Assembly: GCA_023920165.1 (NCBI GenBank)
Contig: CP089274.1
Location: 5,518,001 to 5,582,000, forward strand
Origin: Curvularia clavata
Taxonomy: Eukaryota
DNA length: 64,000 nucleotides
Reading direction: 5' to 3'
Shown here: positions 12,771 to 25,664 of the stretch, in pieces
Numbering within the stretch: the first letter of the stretch is position 1
Layout: every line of letters starts with the position of its first letter
Program-made: the position numbers and the translations under genes
Notes under the pieces: generated by a model
Database searches by the model: none
Told to the model about the DNA's origin: nothing
The model's input: the letters and a program-made list of their open reading frames with translations, nothing else

Positions 12771-14410
12771 GGGGGTCCGCATCTGGCCCGAGAGCAACCC
12801 ACTACTGGATACTCTGGTATCTAGCAATGATGTGAGCATAGGCCATCAGAAAGGAAAAGTTACCCGTGTACCCTGTGACACTGGCTGCCGATTCATTCTG
12901 TCTTGTTAGGTCCAGAGTGCAGTCCGTGTTGCCATGACGCAACCACATGTCTATCCCTACACAGACCGCTGGGAGATCAAACCCTCAGGATACAGACGCG
13001 AACCACGGGAAAAGAAAAGAACAGAGGAACGTCAAGTGTCATGTAGCGAGTTCGTCCCAAGGCCATGACCTCGTGAAACACGAGACGGAAGAATCTAGTA
13101 CGATTTTTCATCGGCGACGTAAGAACACCAAGCTGTACCCAAGCTTCCATGGTGGAAGCTCCAGATTTCCCATCTAAATTAGCCCCCCGATCGAGATACC
13201 GATCTGGCATAGTCTCCACATGCTTGACAGGCCAAAGGTGGACAAAATCAGCAGTCCAATAAACTTGACTCGGTGTCCTGATCCTATCTCTCTCACCGAT
13301 GAGGTGCGGGGAAACAATCTCTCACGGACTCGCGAAGTTACGCCATGCACAAGCGACCTCAACATGGCGTTTTTCCACTTTAACGCATTGGCAAATCATC
13401 CGTCTTACTGGAGTGCCAGTGGGCCGACGGCACAAATTGAGTTACGGCATCTGAGCCGGCCCGGCGACATCAGGAAAAAGAAGGGAGAGTAGGCAGATGA
13501 TCAGGACTAGAAGCCCAGCCTCAACAATAGCACGTGCATGGTCGTGACTCACCTGCATACTCTGCCCGGCGTGCATTACCCTTTCCACCCTAGACCCTTG
13601 AACAGCATTGTCATCATCTGTCAGAATGCCATAGTCCTTCTTTGGGGCGCAGAGGAGTGGGGCGGCGGGTAAAGTACAATCGTCAAGACCCCAGGTGCGG
13701 GCGGTGTTGTGCATGACGGAGGCGTTGGCCAGCCATACACAGAGCGCGGACGCCAACGCAGGGTATCTGTATGGAGGACTGGGAGCAATGTTTTATGTAA
13801 GCAGGCTTGTGTTACGAGAGTGTCAGCACTAGTCCGAGTTGAGACGCCAAGGTAGTGGTGTCTATGCTGGTCCGTTCCTCACAGTGTCTGGTTAATTGAG
13901 ATGTGGAACAGATCCTCGGAAAATGATGGGTTCTCAACCTCCTGTATCAAAAATAAGGCCTATATAAATGAATGTGGAGGCGGTGACGAAGTACGAAGTG
14001 GCTGGTGCTGCAATGTGCCAAATGAAGAACGGACAGTTGACTGGGAGTAACCTCTGATTCTTAATCTTGGCTTGTGATATTATCATATGGCAGAAGGGCC
14101 ACAGATAAAATACGCTCAGAATAAAAAGATTAACATGACCGCTAATTCTTCAAGTGCTTAAGTCTTTACTGTAATTATGTACTCACTTGGCTCAAACGAT
14201 GACAACACTAATGCTATAAAATCTGATGTGACAACTGTACACTGTAGGGCCGATAAATAAATCTAAAACTCTTTCACGACTACATAGACAAGCAAAAACC
14301 CACTTCTATCGAACGACACCAAGAGGTCCATGGTCTCGGCGCCGAAGTTTTATTGAAGCAACGTTATATGCTCCGTTGAATGTCTGAGCATCAAGTTACA
14401 GAAAAGAGAG

Positions 14411-14417
14411 TATAAAA
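14411..14417 (+). promoter_or_regulatory. TATA box of the small secreted peptide gene
   Basis: TATAAAA 84 nt upstream of ATG 14495, whose context is ACA-ATG (A at -3). Confidence 0.5.
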
Positions 14418-14494
14418 GGATGGCCAGCTTTACGTAGGAAATGGACATTATCAAGTGCATACATTTTTTTCTGTAGCAGTATAATTTTGCAACA

Positions 14495-14798
14495 ATGAAG
14501 TCTCTCACCCTCACCGCCCTCACCGCCCTCGCGACATTCGCCTCTGCAGCACCCGGCGTCCAAGTCGCAGAGAATATCGACATGGATGCCATCGCCGCAA
14601 GACAAGTACCTGTGCCTTCGCCAGAAGGCTGCGCTGTTTGCTTCCATCCCGACTCACCCGAGGGCAAGCGTCCCTGCCCTGCTGGCCTGATTCGCAAAGT
14701 TCAAGTACGTGCTTCTTCTGTCAAGATGAAGTAAAAAGAATCTCCATATATGCTAACTTGATATTTCTTAGGGCAGCTGTTCAGCTTGCTGCAAGTAA
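14495..14798 (+). CDS. Small secreted cysteine-rich pre-pro-peptide (78 aa, 6 Cys); candidate effector or antimicrobial peptide
   Basis: Exon 1 14495-14704; intron 14705-14771 (GTACGT...GCTAAC...TAG); exon 2 14772-14798 encodes GSCSACCK*. Hydrophobic signal peptide MKSLTLTALTALATFASA, acidic pro-region ending IAAR|Q. Confidence 0.85.
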
Positions 14799-15991
14799 TG
14801 ATGGCAAGATCGAAGATGCTGGCTTGACTCTGTGTGAGGCTTAGTGCTGCTCTTCACGGCGACCAGGGGTACTGCCTGATCGGCCTTTGCAGTATACAGA
14901 CTTGGAATTTCACTGCAGAGAGACATTCGTCTTTGCTAATAATAGATGATCTTCTGACTATCGACTTGACTTTTCACCGTGCCATGCAATATCTGTGTCA
15001 TCCCACTATCCTAAAAGCCATGATAGTCCTATCCCCCCTTGCTATAAAATCACCTTGCAAGTTGAAAAAAAATCAAATCTTACACAACCACCTGACCAGA
15101 CTCACACCACACGTAATCCAATATCGATAGACGACGTCAACGCCTTTTCTGCATATAGCAAGTAATCGAATGTGGGGCCATATGTAGTCATACAGAACTT
15201 CCCACTCAGCCACCTTACCAATCCAGCCCCGGCTTAAGTCCAGGGATAAGGTGGCGTGTACATTTGCCTAATCAGTCTCTTCCCTTGCGCTAGAAGGCAG
15301 TGTAGATGACTGATGGAAAAATTGGGGCGCATGCGGGCAACAAGATGCAGGGTATCTTTCCCTTACCTACGGGAGAGAAAAAGACCAGCCCTGCTTCCGC
15401 AAATAAAAAAAAAGGACCCCGAGCATACCTTGCGTTACCGACACGAGAAGTCAAGAAGAAAAGGCGCGGAGAAACTATACTCTGACGGATGCATAGAGAA
15501 GGGAAAGAGATAGACCCAGCCACAAGCGCAAGTCTTACACCGACCGTCAGGCCTGTATTACGTATCTCGCCAGCGCGCCATCCGCTACCATTTGCACGGA
15601 GTCTCGCTCCGATTACCCAAAAAAGCAAGCCAGCAACTCTACTAAGCGCGTCTATGAGAAAGGAGAAAAGAAGCAAAAACCGATAATGACAGCAGCAAGG
15701 AAGAAAAAGTAAAGCAGGAGTGCTGGCGCGCGTGCGCGCAGGGCAGATCGGCCGAGAAAGGTGCCGGGAAGGAAGCACAACAACGGTCGGATCCATGGCA
15801 GTGCAAAAGAGAGGAAATTAAGTTCGAGGAAATGCAGTCATTGGCTCGATTTCGTGCATTCTGGGCCGAAAGGGCGCGCGAGAAAAAAAGCAAATACCAT
15901 GCACATGTTACATACTAGACTGGAAAAGAAGAAGACATGTGCGTACTGGTACCGTACGTTGAGCCGCACACCCACCCGCCACTTAAGAGGT

Positions 15992-16019
15992 AGAGAGAGA
16001 GAAAGCGAGAAAGAGAGAG
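15992..16019. repeat. Imperfect (GA)n microsatellite
   Basis: agagagagagaaagcgagaaagagagag. Confidence 0.7.
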
Positions 16020-16470
16020 TTGTCATCGACGCACGTCCCCAATCCGTCGCGCTGGCCAGGAGAAGATCCCAACAGTATGCGCAAAAGAAAAAGAGAGGGC
16101 CATTTGTGAAGATACTTTGGTAACTACAAAGTTTACATTTTTTCTTTTTCTGTCATTCATTTCCAGCTCCGAGGGTAAATTGTAGCCAATGACATTGCAC
16201 CACGAGCCCAGAAAAAATCGCACTTGATAGAGTTGCGCCGGGACTAAGAAAAGGATACTAATGTACAAAATACGCTATGAGATTAAAGTTTCGGGGCATG
16301 AGCGGGCGCGCGCGAGATAGCAAAGAGTGAAAGAAAAGAATTGAGCAAGCTTGTTGCTTGCATGCCATTGATGTGACATGTTGAATAGCCGAAGGAGTCC
16401 AGGGCCCGCCATTGGGGGAGGGGGGATTGCGCAAGTGTCGTCGATGTATGCATGGCGTAGGCATGGATGG

Positions 16471-16498
16471 GGCATGGCATGGCATGGCAAGGCATGGC
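16471..16498. repeat. (GGCAT)n pentanucleotide microsatellite, about 5.5 copies
   Basis: ggcatggcatggcatggcaaggcatggc. Confidence 0.8.
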
Positions 16499-17907
16499 CA
16501 CATGTAGGTATGGTCTGAGCGGCAGCGCTGCCGTCCGCCTCCCGCATTCCGAACCTGTTCCACGATCGGGTTTGTGTGGGCTGGAGGTGTGGGTTGCGAG
16601 AACCCATGTACCATGCTCGCCGCGCTCCCACTCCCTCGCGCTTGGGACGCAGGTTGCTTTCCCCCCCCCTTCCCCATGGCCTGGCCCCGTCGAACATGCG
16701 ATGTCGTGGCACTGCGCTTATCTGCACGACACATGTTGTCCATATGCCGATCCCTATCAACAAACCCAGTCTCGATTTGTGAGACGGTCAGATTCTGGGG
16801 TGCAGATGGTGAGACGACCTTGGTCTTCCTTTGAACCGCCACTTTGCCGGCAAACAACCCCATCTGGCTGCCCCTCCGCCGCAGACGCTGCTGTGCGTGC
16901 CTAGGCGCAGATAGGCACATGTCCGCCCATATCAATACGAAAACATACATGCTATCTCGCGCAAAATGGGGTGATATTACTATTAAGGGAAGGATGCAAA
17001 AGGCCTCCAAGCTATGTGTTTCGAGCCCCAAGTAGTGCCTGTCTAGACGTTCCTTGAATGTACCCCCTACCCTCCTCACCCCCATGCCCCAGCATAGTGT
17101 ACCTTCCCTCCAATATACCATGATGCCTACAACCGTAAAGCGGTACCAAAACACAAAACAAGGTGCGGGGGAATCTGAGGGGAATCTTGTGCAAAGCTAT
17201 AACTAAACCACCACTAATGACACGGATACACAACGGGGGGCAGCTAATAGTACTCGGAAAAAAAAAGGGCAGAACAAGGGTAGGAAGAATAAGAAGCAGC
17301 AATCTGACCAAAAGCGGCGCCACCTGTGATGCAACAAAGATTACTCTTCCAGAGTGTCCGGTCGTTTGTCCTGCTTGCACAAATATCCATGCAATTACCA
17401 CCAAGCCGCAAAGAGAAAAACTGGGGACGTCCACTCAATGCCACACACTGCGGCATCAACGGACTGTTGCGAATATGGTCGCGGAATAGAAGGTGCGTCT
17501 CGAAGTCGCAAATGTACGGAATGGAGCGGGGCTCCGGATAGAGAAGATATGGTTCCCCCATACCGCCGGATCCGTGATGCTTTTGTGTCATCGTCGTTGT
17601 CTAGCGTGCTCGTTACCAGCTCGTGTGTCGTAATGTCATTGTCGCCGTTGAGTGGGGAGCCAAGTGGGGCACAGGATAGAATGAGCGTAGTGTACAAGAT
17701 GAGACGAAAAGCAAACAGTAGGGGAAATTCGTAGCGGCGCATGCTTGGCGTGCATGTCGTCAGTTAGTCAATGCTCAGGGCCTTGCAAGACTCATGCCGA
17801 CTCGGACCGGACAAAGTGGGCGCCCACCAAATTGCCAGTCCCTCAAAATGGGCTTTGAATGGCAAGCCTGCAATACACCTGAGGCGCCTCGGCTGGTCGG
17901 TATTCTC

Positions 17908-20092
17908 CTAGTAAGATGACCATCCTCCCTGTTGTGGAGCCTGTGGTGGCGCCCAGCCAGGCATACCGGGTTGCTGAGCGGCGCCACTCTGCTGTTGCAT
18001 GAACTGGTGAGGGCTCGGACTAGGCTGATACGGGTTTTGGCCCATTGACTGGTACCCAGCGTCTCCGCCAGGCATAGAGTTACCCATGGCGCCCATGGTC
18101 TGGTATTGCTGTACTGGAGTGCCGTGCATCGAGGCGCTGCTTTGGGCATGGTGGAGCTGTGGCGAGGCATGCATCTGGGATTGTTGCGGAAGGGGCGACT
18201 GCTGGGGAGGGCGCTGCGCGTATTGCTGCATGTTGTGCTGCTGGGAAAGTGGAGATGGTTGCGAAGGTCCTTGCCACATGTGCGATGGTGGGTAGCCGTG
18301 GCCTGCATTCTGTTGAACACTGGGGAGCATACCGCCAGGTCCCATACTCGAAGCATTCATACCCTGAGGCATGCCGATGCTCGGTGGCCGACGGTGCATC
18401 TGGTCTGGTCGGAGCGGAGTGTGCTGCTGAGACATGGGTGATGGTACCATGTTGTTTGGAGGCATGGTCTGCGGGCGGTACGGCGTAGCACCCATGGGCT
18501 GGCCCGGCCTTTGTGGTGTCTGCGCTGGCATGCCATACTGGCTCCCTGGCATGGTCACAGCTGTCGAAGACATGCGCGGCGACTGAACAGCTTGCGAAAC
18601 TTGGGGAGCGTGCTCTCCCTCGGCGGTTCCCGGACGGGTTGGCTGCACTGGCGGCTCATGGGGCCGTGTCCAGATGTCATTCAAGTAGTCTTTTCGGTGC
18701 TTGCGCTGCTGTTCCAGCTGCTTGTTGACTTCAGCTGTTTGTGCTGCTGCATTGAGGATTTCGCCGGATGGGCTCGGCCTCGTGATGTCTTGGTACGGGG
18801 TACCCTGCATTTCGTGCCGCGGACGCTGAACGCCACTGTAGTCGCGAGGCTGAAGGTCCGCGGTGGGCCGCTGGCTGTATGCATCTGGAGTTGTTGTCGG
18901 CATGCTTCCTGGGGCGGGGTTCAGACCACCAAATGGCTGCAGAGGGTTAATGGCAGCGCCCAAGTAATCCTGGTTGTTTCCTGTGTATGCTCCAGTGTGA
19001 GCAAAGGCCATGGCGTTGGCATGGTTGGCTTCAGCAGCGGCGGCTTCTCTTGCCTTTGCTGCGCCGGGCCTCTTTTCTCCCGCAGCATCTTCTTCGGTAA
19101 AGCCTTGTTTCCTGGCTTTGCTCTCCCAGTAGTCGTCGCGTACGCGTCGTCCGTTGACAATCAGTCTGCTGCCAAACTGTCTGAACATGGAGCGCGCAGT
19201 TACAATGGCAATCTGTCTGGATCGGTAAGAATACGGCAGAATTTCTTGGTGGATCAGGTCGTCCTTCTCGGCCTGTGTGGCAATGATCTTGTAGAGGGAT
19301 CGGTTCTTGTTGAAGAGCAGATACGAGTCTCGGTATCCTAGGACGCGCGCACATTCCGTGGCGAGCATGAAAAGCTTGTCGGCGCGGTTAGGAACGAAGA
19401 AAGTACGGCAGCGATATTCGCGCCCATCGAGCGGGTGGCCGGTTTGCGTAACCTTTCGCTCTCCCGCCTCGTCGATTTCGCGAGGGATATACTCGTCGCC
19501 TTCGGCATTGAGTTGGTCAGTTGTGTGGTCGCGCACGGTCGGCAGCGCTTTGATGACGGTAGGCTTGGCAGGTGTCGCTTTGGCGGGTGGCGACGCTTGA
19601 GGAGGAGAAGTCTTGGGCAGTGCTGTCGCCTGCAGCTGGGGAGTTTGCACAGGCGGCGCGGCGGCCGAGTGCTGCGAGGGGGTCTGCGGAGGCTGGGAGC
19701 CACGGTTAGGTGAGCCGCCATAGGGCGGGCGGGCGGCGGTGTTGCCCTTTGACGGGCGGCCGCGACTGCGCTTGTTGTTTGGGGTGTCGTCGCCCTGCAG
19801 CTCGTAGCTGGCCTCGGGGGAGCGACTGCGCTTCAGGCCGCGCGATGGCTGCTGTTGCTGTGCGACCGACTGTGGCGGGCCGGAGAAGACATCTGATGAA
19901 GGGTCAACGATTGCTTCGCGGGAGGCTGCGTCGGATGTAACAGACGCGCACGCCAGTAGATGGGGAGGGAAGGGAAGGGCAGGGCAGTGCATGGCAGCGG
20001 GAAGGTGAGGGGAAGGGACGCGAGGACTTACGCGACGGGTCAATGGTGCCTGCGGGATCCATGACGCCGTTTCCAATGCCACCATTTGACAT
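17908..20092 (-). CDS. NPL6: RSC chromatin-remodelling complex subunit Rsc7/Npl6 (Rsc7/Swp82 family) with Q/P-rich C-terminus
   Basis: Core 'GREYRCRTFFVPNRADKLFMLATECARVLGYRDSYLLFNKNRSLYK...RSMFRQFGSRLIVNGRRVRDDYWE'. Proposed exon 1 20092-20032 (MSNGG...), intron 20031-19893 (GTAAGT...TTGAC...CAG), exon 2 19892-17908. The start is less certain. Confidence 0.88.
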
Positions 20093-20425
20093 GATTTGTA
20101 TGGGGTGTTGCACATGGACTGAGTACATCCAGGCGGCGCAGGAGCGACCGAGCTCGAGGGAAGCTTCCGTCGAGCGTCGTGAAGCTCAGGGAGTTGTCTA
20201 GGTTGGTTGGGGGTGGTGGTGGGGGGTTCAGGGCTAGGCGCACAAAGGGTGGCTGTGGTTGGGGGCGGTCATGTGCTAGTGGGTGGATGGAAGAGGCGAC
20301 GAGGTGAAGGTTGAGTTTGGGCGGTTTGGCGGGTGGGGCCAAGGCTTGGGACAAGGCAAGGGCACAGGCACGCGCTTTTCGTGTTTGGCAAACAAAACCA
20401 GCGCGAGGCCCAGCTCAAGTAAGAA

Positions 20426-20427
<2 letters not shown>

Positions 20428-20457
<30 letters not shown>

Positions 20458-20466
20458 TGATGATGG
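20428..20466. repeat. Compound (GAC/GGC/GAT)n trinucleotide repeat upstream of NPL6
   Basis: cgacggcgacggcgacgacgacgacgacgatgatgatg. Confidence 0.75.
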
Positions 20467-20814
20467 GAACGGGTGGCACAGCACAGCCCAGGGTTGCGGA
20501 GCGGAGGAATATGTAAAGAGGCACGGGTTGGCGACGGCGACGGTCCGCGCGTGCTGATCGATAGAAGCTAAGCAGGCGTTAAGTTTGCGTTTCAGGTGTT
20601 GGCGCAGAACAAAAGTGCGCGCGCAGGGTTGTTGCGGAGCGCGATCAGTGCTCTTGTCGTCGTGGACAGGCGCCGGCGACGGTGGAGCAAAAGGAACGCC
20701 ACGTGAGATGCAACCCAAGCCGTGGTGCGAGCAGCCGCTGTAAGGGTGACTTGCAGCACACACACTCGCTGGGTTGCTGGCTAGGGCGCTGGGGCGGGAG
20801 CGCACGCACGTACG

Positions 20815-20829
20815 CACACACACACACAC
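20815..20829. repeat. (CA)n microsatellite
   Basis: cacacacacacacac flanked by GCAC repeats. Confidence 0.8.
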
Positions 20830-23800
20830 GCGCAGCAGCACGCACGCACTCACCCAAGGCAGGACGGGATAAACGAACGGCTGGAGGGGAAGCAGACGAA
20901 CCTTGGGGGAGGGGGGAGCGGGTGTGACGAGGGTGAATGGCGACGGCGATGGCGACAGGGAGCACCAGGCGATAGATATGGGCGGGCGATTGGCGTGGGT
21001 AGCGTGCTGGGCGCGGCTATTCTGGCCGACAGTCAAAAGAGAGGGCGTTGATGGTACCTGTGGAAGGCCGGGACTGGCAATTACGAAAGATGGGCGAGGC
21101 CCAATGTGATATGCTCCCAGACCCCAGCAGCTGACGGCCCGCACGGCGGAGGCCAGAAGACGTCGTCTAGCGGGCAAATGGCAGGCAATGACGACGGCGA
21201 CAATGAGAGGCATGAGAGGCGCTGCAATGTGATAAAAAGTGGCTCCCAAGGCCCTGCACGAGCCGGTGGCTTTTTCGCTGCGCTGCGCTGCGCTGCTTCT
21301 TCGACAACGGAGCCGATCAGGATTACTCGCATCATGCTGCGAGATAGCGACCACTAGCTTGGATCTTCTCTCCCACAGCCTTGGCCAAGCATCCGAGCCC
21401 GTCCTCAGCTGCTCTGCCCGCCAGCTGCCTATCACGGCGCCCTCGGGGCCCTGCCGACCAGTTCGCCTCCCTGCCTGTCCGCCAGTGGGCGCCTCTCTGT
21501 CCACCTGCTTTGTGCTGATTGCCCATAGTCCCAGTGTCAGCAGGCTGCCGCCGAATCATTCACCCTGGCCTACCCATGGGCCTGCAGCCAGCCCAAGACA
21601 GACTACCCTGGCGGGCGTGCATTGGCGGCCGCAGTCATGCATCTACCTTTCTGCTTCTATCCATCAAGCCGTATCGTCTGACTTCCCAGGCCCAGAGCGA
21701 ATCCTCGTCAAGCCGCTTCAACTTGCCGCAGTAGCCGAATCCGGAAGCCCAAGTTTATTGCTGTGGACCGCTTCCAAATCCGCCGCACCGTTCGCTCCTA
21801 CTACGCGCTGTTGCGTCAACCTTCCTTCCTTTCCTGCTGCCTGCCTGCCTGCTCATCGTATTCCCGCCAACCCGTCCCAGTCCGTTCTTTGCAACCTGTG
21901 CTGATCGCCGACCTTGGGATGCGTAGGTATTGCATTTTCCTCTAGCAGTCCCTAGCCGGCGGCGCCGTCGTCGTCTACGCATAGCGCCTTCGGCCTCTGC
22001 TGGCCTATGAGCTGCCATGGAGCCGCCAGCTCTCCAAGCGATTCCATGACTCCGGGATTGCTGCTTGCCGTTCGGCCCAAGCTCCCCACTTCCAACGCTG
22101 GGACTCATGCCAAATGCCATTCCCCATTCCTGCATGGTCAAAAAACTAAAAGGGCCTCTCTTTTGACTCGACGATCTGTTCCACAAAGCGACCCGCTCTC
22201 CCGCCGCACAAGGCCTCTTTCAACACTACCCTGCGCTTTGCTTGCCCGTGCTGTACCCGATTCCCCACCCTGCTACCTGGTCCATATCTGACCGTACAGC
22301 CTTTCCGCTCCTCGCGTCACGGTCCTAGCGGGGTTCTATTACGCCATGCCTGGCCCTCGCTCTCTAACCAACCTGGCCCGTGCTCTTTTTGACGTCCACA
22401 TGGCCTGAAACTGCGCGAAGTAACAATCAAGATATTCCAGCACTTCTTAACCGCGCAGCCTTCCCAAAGCCAGCATCATAGACTATGATCCTTTGCGCGC
22501 TACGGCCTCTTATCCCGGCCAACGCGCTCCTAGTCGCGTTGCCTGTCCATGTCTCCCTTTCCTCAACGCGTTTCCCGGAGCCTGTGCTACTACTACTGTC
22601 AAATGTCTTAGACCCTGAAGCAAAGACTTTGTCATCTGCCTTTTACCCTGCAGGGTCTTGCCACTAATTTGGAAATGTTACCTCTCTTTCGTCCGCTGAG
22701 TAGTATTCCCATCCGAACTCGGTCCCTCCTCACGGGGGGGCCCTGGAGAAACAATATGCCAAACCATCCTGGTTGGTGGCTAATATCTCTGTCATCGTTG
22801 AGTGATTTCCACACGGCCGCGCCGTCGCTTATATCCGCACCCTTTCGTACTCTGCAACTACTTCAAGACTAGAACATGAAATCCATCCATGGACCTCATC
22901 AGACTTCCCATGCTCGCAATCCAGCTTTGTCTCTCTCGACCTGAGGGCAAAATTCCGCCACCGACACCTCTTGCCTGATCACCACGTCCTTCTTTGTTGA
23001 GCTGGTCCAAGGCTTGGACTACTACGCTACTAAACCCGTACACCGCTGTCATGACATCTGTAGCGCGCGCGTTGCAAGGATTAGTTGAAACATTTCTCTG
23101 CAAGTCCAAGTCATAGGCTCAATCGACTGCTTGGCGGGGCAATGCGATGGAGCTAGGATAGATGCTTGATCATCATATGACAGCTGTATCCACTGTCCTG
23201 GATCGCAACATTAAGATAGACCAAACAACCACACTGGGCTCCCATGGCCACTCTTGACTGGGATTGTGGCTGACGGATGCAACCGTCGTACGTCCTGTGC
23301 AATCGGTTTGTTTTCGACATTTTGTTTCATAATTCCGAGCTATTGGGATCGTATCGACCGGGCCACTTAACGACGGAGTGCCCGCGCTCTTGCCACAAGG
23401 AAACGGGGCCCCAGAAGCCAAACATAGGTTTGGCTTCCGTTTTGGCTTCGGTATGCCAGCCGACTGCAGCGGGGTCGTGCAGCTCTAGCGGTGAAAGTGC
23501 GTCTCTTTTTTTTTCTTCATTCTTCTTCGGCTCCTAGAACACCGCAGCAAAAAAGAAAATCCCTCCAGCATGAATACACTAGCCCGTGCAAGCCTGCTCT
23601 TTTCAGACGTATTCATTCGCGTGGCACTGCCGCATCCGACTCTTGATGGTGATCTTAGTAGAGATGCTTTTGTTGCCATGCTGTCTAGACTTCCAAATTT
23701 GTCCATGTCTTGATGTTTGAAACGAGCAACACAAGCAGACTCTGAGCTAGCGCTTTTCGGCATCTTCCCGAGGATTCGCGACATCGCGGCCGCGGCCGCG

Positions 23801-25664
23801 TATGCACAATGCTCGAGCAGAATCTAGTTCCTCTTCGGGCCTTCACGTAACCCTGCAGTCTGGAGGTATCCTTGTCCGTTGCGAGTTGCATGCTAGACTT
23901 CAACTACACTCGAATGATGCTGCGATCCGCTCCAAAGTGGGGAAGTGCGGCGAGGCTGCATCAACGAGAAATGTAGTGGCGACCAATCACCAAGCTAGAC
24001 CAACGGTCTTCTCGATGAAGAAGCGGTCAGGTGCTACTGGCTACGTGAAGGGCTTGACCAGACCGGGGCCGTTATCGCATTTACCCATCCATGACCATCA
24101 TATGATCACATGCAACAACGCCCGCGAGCATGTCCCAGGGAGAGCATAATGGCTGTTGAGGCTGGTCGTTTCTAACGTAGCATCGATGCGGAATATTCGT
24201 TAGTTCTGCCTCTGGCGCTTCACTGCAACTGACGGGTCCTAAACGAGGGTCACTCGTGCATAACCTTTCATGGGTAGACCGCAAAGTGTAGGAATCCCTG
24301 GATTCTCGTGACCACTCACAGCATAGCCAGTCTCGTTACCACTCTTGCCCAGATGACAGAAGGAAATGTCAAGGGCGCTCACAATGCTCCTCGGTACCAA
24401 GATTTGATATTGACTCTTGGGTTCCGATCGTGTGTAAAGACAGGGACACAATCACCTCTGCGCCGCCAATAGGGCACAGGGCTGAGCCAAATGTTGCGAC
24501 TGTAGATCAACGAATCTCCGAAACAGTCCCCTTTGGTGCATAGGTCCTTTTTTCTGACAGGTCATCATCGGTCTGTGTCATGTCAAAGCTGACCACTCAC
24601 AAGAATGGACTTGAGCAAATCTCGGAAAAAAGCAAGATTTTTAACTCTCGCTCTTGATCAGCAGCTCATCGTGGCTGGGTTCTGCATGTCTTGCTCGGAG
24701 TGACGGCTTGCAGTGCACCAGTCCACAGAATGGTAAAAGTTCCGCGGAGCTGCATCATTCATAAACAATACCTTGATGAGAGTGACGATGTGAGAGACAC
24801 AGACACTCAATGTTTGCATGCCACTGCAACGTGTCCTCGGGATTCTGGTCTAGTCATGCGCCGTACAGCCGTACAACCGTACAGCAAAGCAGTTACGCGT
24901 CATTCCGAAGGGAAAACAACGTAAAGCGCCAAGCGGATTAATATCTCAATGACGAGAGATATGATCATGCCATTAGATTGGGTCATGCTGATGCGAGACT
25001 TCCGGTGGGTGGACAAGAAAACAGAAACTGTTGAGAATAGCAGCGAAGAAAGACGGTGAGAGGAAGCTGCGGCAGGTGCTGCGGAGGTGTTGAGGAAGGT
25101 GCTGTGGACCACGAATTTCCGGCGTCGTGAAGAGAAGGACACGAAGACGCAGGCAATCAGCTGAGCACCATGACACGGAGCAATTGCGCTTAGGTTGAAC
25201 CTTGAAAGTATGCAGAGTCGATGCTGCGGAAGTGTGTGCAAGTACATGACGCGTCAGTACTTACCTCGAGCAAACATTGTTTGTCACGTGGCTGCTACTA
25301 TCAACGTGAATGGCGTCTGTTCTCAGAACTTGTAAATTCATGGATATTCGGGGTATGAAAGCACCTGCCGGATGCAATCTTGACTTTCAATGCCCTCGGA
25401 CTTCACAATTCAAGGAAGCTCTGCCACGGTTTCGATGTTAGATTTCTATTCATTATCTTTGCGTGTGGGAGCTACCTACACCAACCAGGTCCCATGAGAA
25501 TCATTACTCCTGCTGTTAAAACGCCATGAAAACACCATCGAGCCCAAACGCCCCAACCGCCGGTATCGTGTGCACTGGGCTAAAACTTCTTGCCCTAAAC
25601 TGTAAATATGCTTACCAGAAAAGCAATTATACTTGAGATCCAAAGAAGCGACCCACGACGAGGC

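Noticed and set aside
13442..13756. Minus-strand ORF with 'DYGIL...RVMHAGQSMQ', faintly cupin-like
   Set aside because: The similarity is too weak and the cupin His motifs are absent.
16258..17154. 298-aa ORF downstream of NPL6
   Set aside because: Non-ATG start, crosses the (GGCAT)n repeat and homopolymer runs, and has no protein-like features.
20269..21904. 411-aa minus-strand and 221-aa plus-strand ORFs upstream of NPL6
   Set aside because: They run through microsatellites, have Arg/Pro/Ser/Cys-rich junk composition and no motifs; expected in GC-rich non-coding DNA.
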